From Octopus vulgaris (Eukaryota), in NCBI GenBank assembly GCA_951406725.2, contig OX597839.1, forward strand, positions 8,866,001-8,930,000: a DNA stretch of 64,000 nt, given 5' to 3'. Positions 28,894-41,336 of this stretch are shown piece after piece. The position numbers were made by a program, and so were the translations under genes. Numbering within the stretch: position 1 is the first letter of the stretch; each line of letters begins with the position of its first letter. The notes beneath the pieces are model-generated. The model did not search any database. It was not told the DNA's origin and worked only from the letters and a program-made list of their open reading frames with translations.

Positions 28894-29104
28894 TCATCAT
28901 CATCCTCATCATCATCGTTTAACATCTGTTTTCCATGCTGGCATGGGTTGGATGGTTTGACTGGGGTCTGGGAAGCCAGGCTCCAGTCTGATCTGGCAGT
29001 GTTTCTAAAGCTGGATGCCCTTCCTAACACCAACCACTTCGTGAGTGTAGTGGGTGCTTTTAACGTGCCACCGGCACAGGTGCCAAGGGAGGCTGGCAGT
29101 GGCA
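28894..29104 (-). mobile_element. Family E
   Basis: (CAT)n tail, ggatgcccttcctaacaccaacc. Confidence 0.88.
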
Positions 29105-29380
29105 TTAAATGTTTAAGAGATTCCTAGATAGCTTTTGTCCCTCTGTTTGCTCCATCCATATTTTTAGCAGATCTTATATTCATCCTGTCAGGTTTCTAGC
29201 AATCTTTCTCACCAAGCTGGATTGATTTCATGGAATCCAGATATCTTGTTGCCTGATTAAGTCAATGACAAACTAATCATGCAATAGGCAACACACACAT
29301 ACACAAAAGTGTGCATGTGTGTGTGTTATTATAGTTCACATTATAACCAGTGACGGTTATTGTAAATAATTGCTTCAATT

Positions 29381-29819
29381 GGATCTTTTCGGTTTGAACG
29401 GCAGTTTTTCTAGCGGTGTCATATGAAATTGTCACCCATAATTATGACCCTAGTATCGATCTATTGCATTTCAATCTGTTTTAGGGTTAGGGTTAGTTCG
29501 GGTTAAGGTTCGGGTTAGGGGTAGGGGGAAGGGTATTTTTTCTTCAGAAATGTAAATAAACCCAATCTATTTCTTAAACGAGGGACATATTCATACGGCA
29601 CAGAATGTTTTCACCTCAAATAGATGTCATTGATTGGTTGAAATTGCAGAAATTGAAGAAAAAAAAAAACAACAAATATCTTACAAACCATAGAATTTTC
29701 TCAATAAAGCCAAGAGAAAAAGATGTTTTATAAACACATTCTACCAGTATACGAAGTTTAAAAGTGCTTAGTTACGTGGAAATTATTTTTAAAAACTGCC
29801 GTTCAAACTGAAGAGATCC
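29381..29819. mobile_element. MITE with 29-bp TIRs, 8-bp TSD and internal TTAGGG-like repeats (GG..CC ends, possibly Merlin-like)
   Basis: ggatcttttcggtttgaacggcagttttt / aaaaactgccgttcaaactgaagagatcc; flanks cttcaatt / ctttaatt. Confidence 0.85.
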
Positions 29820-30797
29820 CTTTAATTTAGTATTGTTATTACCTGTTGAACTGATTGTTTTTTTTCCTTCATTTCTCGTCTGTCATCTAACAGGTTCGTA
29901 TGTGTGTGTTTTTGTCTTCACACACACACACACACACAGAGGCATATACACATATAAATGCACAGAGACACAAACACATGTATATATACACATGTATGCA
30001 AGTGTATGAAGTTAGACATTCATACATATACAAACAGAGACTTGCGTGCAAAACAGAACCACACAAACATTCCAAAACTTATGGACACACACATATATAT
30101 ATCCATTCATATACAAACATACATGCACACAAACACACACACATACACACTCATACATAAATGTACATATGTACCTACAAATCATTTAACTGAAGTTAAA
30201 TAAAAAAATCCCAGAGCTCAGCAAATTGATGAATTTGAAGAAAGAAATTGAAAACATCATTCAGTCGGAGAAAAATCAATAAATTAACGAGGTGATCAAT
30301 AAGTGAAACTTATATCAACCAGGTCAATCAGGAAGTAATATTTCAATTCGATCTGATCTAATTCTTTATTTTTTTCCTTTCCTTTTTATATTTCACCTTT
30401 ATAAATTGCTGTCATAAAAGAAACTTCCCCACCATCGAGTCAATACAGGAGCCTGTATGTGGTCAACCCTCCAACCTGCTTGAAATAGTAGCCAAATCTC
30501 TCTAAAACCCAAAGCTATTCATCATAAACAAAGACACACCTGCATAATGTTATCCTAGATAAACTATGGCTAAAAAAAAGAAATGATGTAAGGATTATGG
30601 TTAGAATATCTTTGGTCACTGGTTGACTGAATTTGGAGTGATAATGGGATTATGTTGTTGTCACTGCAACCACTGTCAGCAGCAGCAGCAAAGTGAATTG
30701 ACATTGGCAGACCCATTAGGGCACAGGAGAATATCTCATTTGACATTTGTTCTGGCTCTCTGCCCTCTGTGTTCAAATCCCATCAAGATCAACTTCA

Positions 30798-31161
30798 TCT
30801 CTATATATATAAACGGCAAAATGTCTGTCTGTGTGTCCTTTATACAAATCCACAATTTTTCAGTTAGAGGACTCGCACTTTCTATGGTCATTCAAAACCG
30901 TCCAAGGGTGGCCGTGCATGTCTTTACATTTTCCCAGTCACCCTGCAAAGCGATTAAAAAATCAATAGAAGTGACTATTTTGTGAATTTTCTATCCAAAA
31001 CCCAATCAAAATGCCCGAAACTTGATACGCCAATTGAATGCCAGCTAGCTGTATGTGATTGGTCGGAGATTTGGACAGTACTCGCATGTATGTGTGCACG
31101 CACGCAGCTGTATATGCATGCACTAGCACTGTGACCCGGTGTTGCCGGGTCATAGTGCTAG
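30798..31161 (+). mobile_element. Non-autonomous Helitron
   Basis: A|TC start, GC-rich subterminal hairpin gacccgg..ccgggtc, CTAG|T end. Confidence 0.85.
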
Positions 31162-31170
31162 TCCTTTATA

Positions 31171-31585
31171 TTAGGTTGAGGAAAAAGTTTATGTGTCATG
31201 TTAAAATAATACTTTTTTAATATATTTTTGTGGTGTGTGTATTCATACAGTTCATGTCATGTTCACTATGTTTGTCAAAAATGCTCTGTTTCAACAAGAC
31301 AATGCACAGCCACATACCACCAGAAAGACCAGTAACAAGACTGAAGAATTGGACGGTGTAGAAGTTCTGCTGCATCCAGCCTATAGTCCAGACGTTGCTC
31401 CATCTGACTACAGTCTCTTCCAATCAATGCAGCACTTTATCAAAGGTCATAATTTGAGTCATTCAATGAAGTTGAAGAAGTCTGTCAAGAATTTTTCAAT
31501 TCGAAGCCAAAGGATTGGTACTTTGACCAAATCCAAAAACTTGCAGATGGTTGTGGAAAATGATGGTCTTTATTTTGAAGAATAG
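31171..31585 (+). mobile_element. Internally deleted mariner with transposase C-terminal pseudogene
   Basis: TA-ttaggttg terminus; QQDNAQPH and HPAYSPDVAPSDY (mariner HDNARPH / YSPDLAPSD motifs); frameshifted end VVENDGLYFEE*. Confidence 0.92.
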
Positions 31586-31590
31586 TTGTT

Positions 31591-31801
31591 CTCTTTTACT
31601 TGTTTCAGTCATTTGACTGTGGCCATGCTGGAGCACCGCCTTTTAGTTGAGGAAGTCGACTCCAGGACTTATTCTTTGGAAGCCTAGTACTTATTCTATT
31701 GGTCTCTTTTGCCGAACCGCTAAATGACGGGGACGTATACACACCAGCATCGATTGTCAAGCGATGCTAGGGGGACAAACACAGACACACAAACACACAC
31801 A

Positions 31802-31835
<34 letters not shown>

Positions 31836-31989
31836 ACAGTCTTCTTTCAGTTTCTGTCTACCAAATCCACTCACAAGGCTTTGGTCGACCCAAGGCTATA
31901 GCAGAAGACATTTACCCAAGGTGCCATGCAGCGGGACTGAACCCAGAACCCTGTGGTTGGTAAGCAAGCTACTTACCACACAGCCACTC
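31591..31989 (-). mobile_element. SINE A, full length
   Basis: Matches the reference copy. Confidence 0.93.
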
Positions 31990-32760
31990 TTTAGAATAAT
32001 ATTGTAAGGTAAGTGTGAGATGCCAGATCTGGCTAATTTGAACATAAAACAAGTAGAATGGCCAATTTAAATGCTAAAATCTACTCTCTTAAAATGTTAA
32101 ACTCTATTCTCTTAAATAGCATAATAATTTCACTCACTTCTCTACTAAATTAGAACATCGCTACCAAGAAAGAAAAAAATTTTAAACTTGAAGTTCTTTT
32201 GCACAAACAACCTCAGTAGAGCTTAACAAACAGCATTGGTTATTTTAATTACTACAGCATCGTGATTCAATAACGATCTGTTATGGAAACAATGTCTGAT
32301 GAACCTAGAATTAAGAATTAATACACTTTCACTATTTAATACATTAACATAATTGTTTAACCTTAGACTTAATTAACATTCCACAATTATTTTTATCTAA
32401 TTAGTGAACATGCAACTCACAATTTCCTCTTAAAACCAACAATTTTATTAAGTTTCATTAAAGTGTTTTTACTGTACTTAACTTTATTACAAGTTGTTCT
32501 TTGAGCTGTTCTATGTGAACAGATTACTGGCTTACATAACCAACAGTAACTATTCCAGACTATAGAAAGCTGTACTTTAGTTTTTCAACTTCAATTTATA
32601 ATGCATATTTAAATTCACATTGTGGCCGTGTGGTAAGAAGTTTACTTCCCAACTATGTGGTTCTGGGTTCAATCCCACTGTGTGGTAAGTGTCTTCTACT
32701 CTAACCTTGGGCCAACCAAAGCCTTATGAATGGATTTGGCAGAGAGAAACTGAAAGAAGC

Positions 32761-32811
<51 letters not shown>

Positions 32812-32825
32812 ATATTATACCCTTT

Positions 32826-32911
<86 letters not shown>

Positions 32912-34585
32912 TCATCATCATCATCATTTAACAATTCTACCAGCTCACCGCCTCACAATAATAATAATCCTTTCTACTAAAGGCAAAGGGGTAAGTCGAC
33001 TATATCAACCCTGTGCATAACTGGTACTTATTTAATCAAGGATGAAAGGCAAAGTCGACCTTGGTGGAATTTGAATTCAGAACATGAAGATGGACAAAAT
33101 GTCACTAAGCATTTTGCCTGGCGCAGTAACGATTCTGCCATCTCACCGACTCAATAATAATAATAATAATAATAATAAAATTAACATAATATATGAATTT
33201 GATGCAATTATTCTGCAACCTTCTTCACTAAGTCCAAACAAGTGCACATGAGTGAGGAAGAGAGAGAAGGTTCAAACCAAATAATATCCACACCTCACAC
33301 TTGGCCTGCCTTAACCCCTGCCATACAAGCAAGAAAGAAAGTGGGTGGGGGGAAAGCAATATTATTACAATATGCCCCTCCTTGAACTCTCCGGTCCCCA
33401 CTCCCGCCACCTGCTTAAAAAAACAACAACAAAAAAGATTTAGAAGAAATAAAGGATTTGGAATTGGATGCTTGTGTTAATGAAATATAACTGTCTCCTT
33501 AGTGTGCACACCACCTCCGTCTACTCCATCATTTATCTGTTCCACCCACACTTCAGAGGGATCCGGGTGGGTGGGGTGAAAAGGGGGGGACACATCTTGG
33601 TTGACACTGATGAATACTTACAGTCACATTGTTTGTTTTTTTTTGTGAAATTTATATATTTTCCTGTCCTCCTCTTTGGGAGGTGGGTGGGTGGTGGTGG
33701 TGGTGGTGTAGGGTTGTGTAGATAATTCCTTACCCCCCCCTCTGCTTCTGCCCTGCCCCCACCTCACCCCACCCCACCCGCTGTCCCCCTGGGAAGGATA
33801 ACTCCAATCAGTTCTTGAACAAGAAAGGGATGAAGTAGCGTCTTACCCCCTGCAAAGAACTATGACCCACCACCACACAACCACCCTATAACCCTATCCC
33901 CTCTTCTCCAGATGCCCCCCCCTCCCGCCCACCACACCTACTTCCAGTTACCCAGCGAAAAAAAAAAGAAATACAGTCAATATTATCTTAACATTGTCCG
34001 TATCATGCAGCATCATGCTGCATCACATTGCACCACAACCAGCCCCTCACAGACACCACCCCCACTTGGCACCAACACGTCACCACAACCGTCTTTGCCA
34101 CCATCGTCACCGTCACCACTGGAACGACCACCATGGATAAATCCTAAGCCACTGTAAACAACTATAACCATCACTTCTACCACCACCACCACCACTAACA
34201 GCAACAATAATTCTGTCACTGCCACAACTTCCACAAATTTCACTTACATCACATCATTACTGCTACCACCATCACCACCACCACCACCACCATTGTCATC
34301 ACCATCAACATCAGCACTCCACTGCCTAACTACCCCCATTTCTACTCAAGCCACAAGCCAACACTGGGGCCTATAAGTGGCCATTAGACCTACTGGAAAT
34401 AACATCTTGAATCACACCCTGTCATCTTTAAAAAAAAAAAAAGTAGGGAAAATACATTAAAAAATTGTAATAGTATTTAATGGAATAGGATGGTCATGGT
34501 TGGAATGCCTTTGATCACAGGATCACAGGTCTACTCAAAGACAACTGATCTAAGATTAAATAACAACAAACAAGGGGGATATATA

Positions 34586-35033
34586 TCTGTACATATAAAG
34601 CTGAAGTTTTCTGTGCATGTGTGTGTGTGGCAGGTTTGGTAGCCTTCAACTAACACTATCTCCTCCGAGACCCTGCAGCGCAAGTTGACCAAAATTAAGA
34701 GTAGGATAGAAGAAGGCTTGCTCTTCATTCCGTAGAAGAAAAAACTCAAATCGGACCATGTTAAGACCAAAAATTATTTACATCAAAAAGATAATTTTTT
34801 TCTATGAAAATCCCTATTTTTTACCATTTTTTTGATGGCTGTGTTGCCATTTTTCGGTGTATTTCAACCAGAAAAATGTTCACTTAAAGGGAATAACAAG
34901 ATATATAATGGAAAATTTTTACTTTTCAAAAAAGATTGAAACTATGTCAAAACTTTGTTAACACAACATCAAAGTCTGCCGTTTTAAGTGCAGCTAAAAA
35001 ACAAACCCGAGCAACGCCGGGCTATACTGCTAG
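34586..35033 (+). mobile_element. Non-autonomous Helitron (second family)
   Basis: A|TC start, hairpin cccgagcaacgccggg, CTAG|T end. Confidence 0.82.
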
Positions 35034-35044
35034 TATATATATAT

Positions 35045-35233
35045 ATTGATAGAAATGGCAAGACAACAAAAGAGACCTTGATATTATGTAAATAGAGGAA
35101 TTTATCTGTAAATATAATATGTGACGATTATTTGGTAACCATGATAAAACTTCAAGTTTTGGATGTTGGGGCATCTGAAACTCGGAGTTTTATCATGGCT
35201 ACCGAATAATTGTCACATATTATATTTACAAAT
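35045..35233. mobile_element. (TA)n-embedded foldback element with ~60-bp arms
   Basis: 35107-35165 is inverted at 35172-35230 with transition mismatches; the centre ggatg-ttgggg-catct is followed by GAAAC. Confidence 0.7.
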
Positions 35234-35383
35234 ATATATATATATATAATATGTAAAGGTAAGATCCAAGGATCTAGGCATACAAAGTTAGTAAGCTCTG
35301 AATCAGGTAGCAAGAAAACATATGTAGCCTGGATTTTACCTGCTCCATTATACATACATACATACATACATACATACATACAT

Positions 35384-35438
<55 letters not shown>

Positions 35439-35505
35439 TACACACAACATACATACATACATACATACATATTATATATTTATATATATATATATATATA
35501 TATAT

Positions 35506-35750
35506 TATCATCGTTTAACATCCACTTTCCATGCTGGCATGGGTTGGACGGTTTGACTGAGGACTGGCAAGCCAGATGGCTGCACCAGGCTCCAATCTGA
35601 TCTGGCAAGGTTTCTACAGCTGGATGCCCTTCCTAATGCCAACCACTCTGAGAGTGTAATGGGTGCTTTTAGGTGCCACCAGCACAAGGGCCAGGCAGGC
35701 AGTACTGGCAACAGCCACACTCAGATGGTGTTTTTTACATGCCACCTGCC
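35506..35750 (-). mobile_element. Family E
   Basis: atcatcgtttaac, ggatgcccttcctaatgccaacc. Confidence 0.88.
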
Positions 35751-35791
35751 TATATATATAAGCACAAATGTAATTCTTTTCCTACATAAAC

Positions 35792-35890
35792 TGCACTTCA
35801 TATTTGAGGCTCTGATGAAGCTGTAAGGTATTATTCAGGCACTCAACTATGCATTTTATAGCAGAAACAGCTGTAAGCTAATGAAGTTCA
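35792..35890 (+). ncRNA. Type I hammerhead ribozyme candidate
   Basis: CTGATGA at 35812-35818; stem II gctgtaaggt/attttatagc; GAAA at 35864-35867; palindromic stem III acagctgt; GTA triplet; stem I ggct/agct plus distal acttcat/atgaagt. Confidence 0.7.
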
Positions 35891-35990
35891 TAAGATAATC
35901 ATTTATTTCTTTATCTCTATTTCTGATGTATATATTCTTTTATTCTTTTATGTGTTTCAGCCAGGTGGCTGTGGTCATGCTGGAGCACCA

Positions 35991-36036
<46 letters not shown>

Positions 36037-36127
36037 ATAATAATTTCTTACATAGGCACAGGGCCATAAATTTGAAGCATGTCAGTGAGCAGTCACTTAT
36101 TTGGGATTCCAGTAGATGTATGGTGTG

Positions 36128-36295
36128 GGGGCACATGGCCTAGTGGTTAGGGTGTTGGATTCATAATCGTAAGATTGTGGTTCAATTCCTGGATGATGTG
36201 ATGCACTGTGTTTTTGAGCTTCATTTCACATTACTCCAGACCACTCACCAGCCAAAAATGAGTAATCCTACAACGGACTGGCTTCCCATCCTGCA
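36128..36295 (+). mobile_element. Degenerate tRNA-head SINE related to C with a different 3' part
   Basis: tggcctagtggttagg, ggttcaattcc, atttcacattactccag; then cggactggcttcccatcc instead of the C tail. Confidence 0.65.
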
Positions 36296-36516
36296 GGTAA
36301 TATATGCAACTATGAGACTATATTATGGGTATGCGGGTACTTTGAAAATACCCCATGGTGTGATGACCATGCCTTGTATAGTTACAGGCTGGCCTTTGGC
36401 AAGGCATAGCACCTATTCAGCTATCCTGTTAGGGATACAGCAAAGTCATAGGACTGTAACACAGTAGATTGTGAAAAGGTAGCAGAAGAGCTGTGAAAAG
36501 ATTGTGAAAAGGTAGC

Positions 36517-37112
36517 GGCGAGCTGGCAGAAACGTTAGCATGCCGGGCGAAATGCGTAGCGGTACTTCATCTGCCGTTGCGTTCTGAGTTCAAATTCCAC
36601 TGAGGTCGACTCTGCCTTTCATCCTTTCGGGGTCGATAAATTAAGTACCAGTTATGCACTGTGGTCGATGTAATCGACTTAATCCCCTTTGTCTGTCATT
36701 GTTTGTCCCCTCTATGTTTAGCCCCTTGTGGGTAATAAAGAAATAGGTATTTCGTCTGCCGTTGCGTTCTGAGTTCAAATTCCGCTGAAGTCGACTCTGC
36801 CTTTCATCCTTTCAGGATCGATAAATTAAGTACCAGTTACGCACTGGGGTCGATGTAATCGACTTGATCCCTTTGTCTGTCATTGTTTGTCCCCTCTATG
36901 TTTAGCCCCTTGTGGGTAATAAAGAAATAAGTATTTCATCTGCCGTTGCATTCTGAGTTCAAATTCTGCCGAGGTCAACTTTGCCTTTTATCCTTTCGGG
37001 GTCGATAAATTAAGTACCAGTTACGCACCGTGGTTGATGTAATCGACTTAATCCCTTTGTCTATCATTGTTTGTCCCCTCTATGTTTAGCCCCTTGTGGG
37101 CAATAAAGAAAT
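36517..37112 (+). mobile_element. SINE family D as a head-to-tail trimer (one full and two 5'-truncated units)
   Basis: Units restart at 36562, 36747 and 36931 (periods 185 and 184). Confidence 0.92.
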
Positions 37113-37323
37113 AAGAAGAGCTCAACTGAGCCAACAGTTTTTCATACATTGATACTGAGCGGAGGAATCCTAAAAGATCAATGGTTAGGATCACCAAGCA
37201 CTATTAAGAGAATAACTGCAATGGAGCCATAGAGGTGGCACCATTCGTTGGGTAATCAACAAATGAAATATTCACTTATGACTCTATCTCTCAACTCAAA
37301 TTCATAATAATGGAATTGGATGA

Positions 37324-37867
37324 CAAGAGTGAGTCATGGGAGTCTGCGAAAGCAGTGTGGCAGATTGTGAAGAGCCCAGTGGAAGAGCCCAGCTGATGGT
37401 GAGTGGAGGAGTCCTAGAAGGTCAATGGTCAGTAACTGCAACACATCCATAGGGGTGACATCCATGGTTGAGTAATCAGCTAATGATAGATTCACCATGA
37501 CTCGAGTTTCAAGAGTGAGTCATGGGAGTCTGCGAAAGCAGTGTGGCAGATTGTGAAGAGGCAGTGGAAGAGCCCAGCTGATGGTGAGTGGAGGAGTCCT
37601 AGAAGGTCAATGGTCAGTAACTGCAACACATCCATAGGGGTGACATCCATGGTTGAGTAATCAGCTAATGATAGATTCACCATGACTCGAGTTTCAAGAG
37701 TGAGTCATGGGAGTCTGCGAAAGCAGTGTGGCAGATTGTGAAGAGGCAGTTGAAGAGCCCAGCTGATGGTGAGTGGAGGAGTCCTAGAAGGTCAATAGTC
37801 AGTAACTGAAACACATCCATAGGGGTGACATCCATGGTTGAGTAATCAGCTAATGATAGATTCACCA
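37324..37867. repeat. Near-identical tandem triplication of a 185-186-bp unit
   Basis: caagagtgagtcatggg at 37324, 37510 and 37695. Confidence 0.95.
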
Positions 37868-37945
37868 CGATTCAAGTTCCAAATTCAAATTTACGAAAAT
37901 GTAATTGGATGGCAACAGTCGTGAGAATTCGTGAAAGCAGTGCAA

Positions 37946-38215
37946 CATCATCATCATCATCATCATCACCATCATCATCGTTTAACGTCCGTTTTCCATG
38001 CCAGCATGGGTTGGACGGTTCGACCGGGATCTGGGAAGCCAGGAGGCTGCACCAGGCTCCAGTCTGATCTGGCAGTGTTTCTACAGCTGGATGCCCTTCC
38101 TAACGCCAACCACTCCAAGAGTGTAGTGGGTGCTTTTTACGTGCCACCGGCACAGGTGCCAGGGGAGTCTGGCAGCGGTCACAATCGGTTGGTGCTTTTT
38201 ACGTGCCACCGGGAC
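37946..38215 (-). mobile_element. Family E, young-looking copy
   Basis: CpGs retained; (CAT)n tail. Confidence 0.92.
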
Positions 38216-38267
38216 ACAAATGCCTAAATTAAAACACTCGTTACTACCACCACCACCACCACCACCA

Positions 38268-38298
<31 letters not shown>

Positions 38299-38944
38299 AA
38301 CTACTAGATTTTTGGAATTTGCTTGTCCCACAAAAACTTTGTCAAATAAACTGCGCCCATTTTATTCTTTCCCAAACTTCCGTAATAACAGTAGGTGGAG
38401 TGTAGGGATGGGGTGTGTGGGAACACAAACCCAAGAGGATTTTATATTTGCCTGTCGCTGTTGGCAAACTGCAAAAGAGAGTGAGAGGTGTCAGTTGTTC
38501 AAACATAACATCACTGATAATGTATATAACAATTGGATTTATAACTATCCAAATGGTCTTGTCTGGTCTCTGGTTCAGTTTGGGCTGGGCTGGGCTGAGC
38601 TGGCTGGGCTGAGCTGGGCTGGTCTGGTTGGAGGAGAGGACCAAATTGTGGAAATGACTAAACTTTTCATTGAGTGGGCAGAGAGTAGGAGAGAGAAAAG
38701 TGACGGAACATGTCACCAACTGTGAAGGAGGAGAACGAGAAAGGTTTTCTGGCACCACACAAGACTTCAAACAACAACAACAACAGCAGCAAGCAATGAT
38801 GACGATGATGATGATGATGATGCTACAATGGCAATAACGATCATATTGAACAGTTCAATTATCAAAGCCATAAATGATGAAGTGGCCACGAGGAGCACTG
38901 TCGGCAGCTACCATTATACATCTACTGGTCTGAGGAGTGAACAT

Positions 38945-39275
38945 GGAGGGGAAGAGGGGGAGAAGAAAAAAGAAGAGGAAGAACAACAACAAAAGAAGGA
39001 GGAAAAGAAGAAGAAAAAGAAGAAGATGAAGAAGAAGAAGGAGAAGAAGAAGAAGAAGAAGAAGAAGAAGAAGAAGAAGGATAGGGAGGAGAAGAAGAAG
39101 AAGAAAAAGAAGAAGAAGGATAGGGAGGAGAAGAAGAAGAAGAAGAAGAAGGATAGGGAGGAGAAGAAGAAGAAGAAGAAGAAGAAGAAGGATAGGGAGG
39201 AGAAGAAGAAGAAATGAAGAAGAAGAAGAAGAAGAAGAAGAAGAAGAAGAAGAAATGATGAAGAAGAAGAAGAAG
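38945..39275 (+). repeat. (GAA)n purine tract with gatagggagga higher-order punctuation; second tract at 39840-40125
   Basis: Seen directly. Confidence 0.95.
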
Positions 39276-40679
39276 ACAATGACGACGACAGATGTAAAAT
39301 GACGATGAAAAAAGAACAAACAACAACATCATCATCATCATCATCATCATCATCATGATCAACAACAGCAACAGCAACAGCAACAATGGAAGTAATAACA
39401 AAAGTTGATGAAGGCAACTGTCATGGCAGAAAATTAGCAAGCTATATTGAATGTGTGTGATGACATAGGAAGCACTTCATATGTCCTCTGTACACAAGGT
39501 GTTCACTTCAAAGCGACAAAGCTTTCTCCACAGTGAATTTGATTTGACACGTAAAATGGATTCCGCACCATCTTCACGTCTTTTTTTTACCTTCTCTATC
39601 AGTCACTGAAATACAATTTGGTCAGTCGACATCACTCGTGCTTGTTTGTGTTTAAGTAACAAACTTAGCCCTGGTTTGGCCTCGTTAACTCTTGTAAGTA
39701 ACTTCCTTTTCAGAATTTCAGAATGGTCCTGTTTATAACTCGTTTTGAGGGAGAGAGAGAGAGAGAGAAAAGCAGGGAAGGCAGAAAGGTAAGTACTCAA
39801 GGCCCGTTGGAGAAGACAGTGGAGAAGCGGAATTAGAAAAAGAGCAGAAGGAGGAGGAGCAGCAGGAGGAGGAGGAGGAGGAGGAGGAGGAGGAGGAAGA
39901 AGAAGAAGAAGAAGAAGAAGAAGAAGAAGAAGAAGAAGAAGAAGAAGAAGATGGAGAACGGAGAAGAAGAAGAAGAAATGATGATGAAGAAGAAATGATG
40001 ATGAAGAAGAAATGATGATGATGATGATGGTGAAGAAGAAGAAGAAATGATGAAAAAGAAGAAGAAGAAGAAATGAAGAAGAAGAAGAAATGATGATGAA
40101 GGAGAAGAAGAGGAAGAAGAAGAAATGGGGGGTGGTGGCTGGAATAAAAGTGTCCAGCAAATCAGATGAAGACAAATAAACTGATACAATCTCTGGAGAA
40201 TATGTACTTGATCAGTCTAGGTAAGAATTGACAAGGTAATATTGGTGTCAAGACAGAGTAATTAACAAGACAGGTGAGAGAGAGAGAGAGAGAGGGGAGA
40301 GACAGGTGGTAATAGAAATGGGAGCAACAATAATAACTGCAGCAGAAAATGTAGCGGGAGTAATAATGGTGATGAAGATGATGATGATGATGGTGGTGGT
40401 GGTGGTGGCGGCGGCGGCGGCGGCAGCGGCAGCAGCAGCAGTAGCTAAGAGACTAACTACTACTTGACACAATCAAAAGAAATCTGCAGGGAATGGAAAA
40501 AAGAATATCTCAAATCTGAGAAAATTTCAATGCCTGTAACACAAGTAATTATATATATATATATACATACATATATACACACGTACATATACATACATAC
40601 ATACATGCATGCATGCATGCATATATGTATATAATGGTGATGGCGGGGATGGACATAGACACAAAAACACACACACACT

Positions 40680-41075
40680 CTTTTATTATTTTACTTGTTT
40701 CAGTCCTTTGACTGTGGCCATGCTGGAGCACCACCTTTAGTCGAACAAATCGACCCCAGGACTTATTCTTTGTAAGCCTAGTACTTATTCTATTGGTCTC
40801 TTTTGCCGAACCGCTAAGTTATGGGGACGTAAACACACCAGCATCGGTTGTCAGGCGATGTTTGGGGGACAAACACCGACACACAAACATATACAAACAC
40901 ACACACACATATATATATATATACGCACACACATAAATATATACGATGGGCTTCTTTCAGTTTCCGTCTACAAAATCCACTCACAAGGCTTTGGTTGGCG
41001 TATAGTAGAAGACACTTGCCCAAGGTGTCACACAGTGGGACTGAACCCAGAACCATGTGGTTGGTAAGCAAGCTA
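40680..41075 (-). mobile_element. SINE A, near full length
   Basis: Matches the reference copy. Confidence 0.93.
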
Positions 41076-41099
41076 CATATATATATATATATGTATATA

Positions 41100-41303
41100 T
41101 CCGTTGCCAGCCTCCCCTGGCACGTAAAAAGCACCCACTACACTCACGGAGTGGTTGGCGTTAGGAAGGGCATCCAGCTGTAGAAACACTGCCAGATCAG
41201 ACTGGAGCCTGGTGCAGCCTCCTGGCTTCCCAGATCCCGGTCGAACAGTCCAACCCATGCTAGCATGGAAAACGGACGTTAAACAATGATGATGATGATG
41301 ATG

Positions 41304-41304
<1 letters not shown>
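41100..41304 (+). mobile_element. Family E, young-looking copy
   Basis: About 5 mismatches in about 165 bp against the reverse complement of 37978-38145 (hand count). Confidence 0.92.

Positions 41305-41336
<32 letters not shown>

Noticed and set aside
32285-32310. Other CTGATGA occurrences (5156, 7465, 32296, 42579)
   Set aside because: No stem II/GAAA/stem I geometry around them.
37324-37867. CRISPR-like array or duplicated small genes (two 63-aa ORFs)
   Set aside because: Whole units are duplicated with no unique spacers, the context is eukaryotic, and the ORFs have no recognisable motif.
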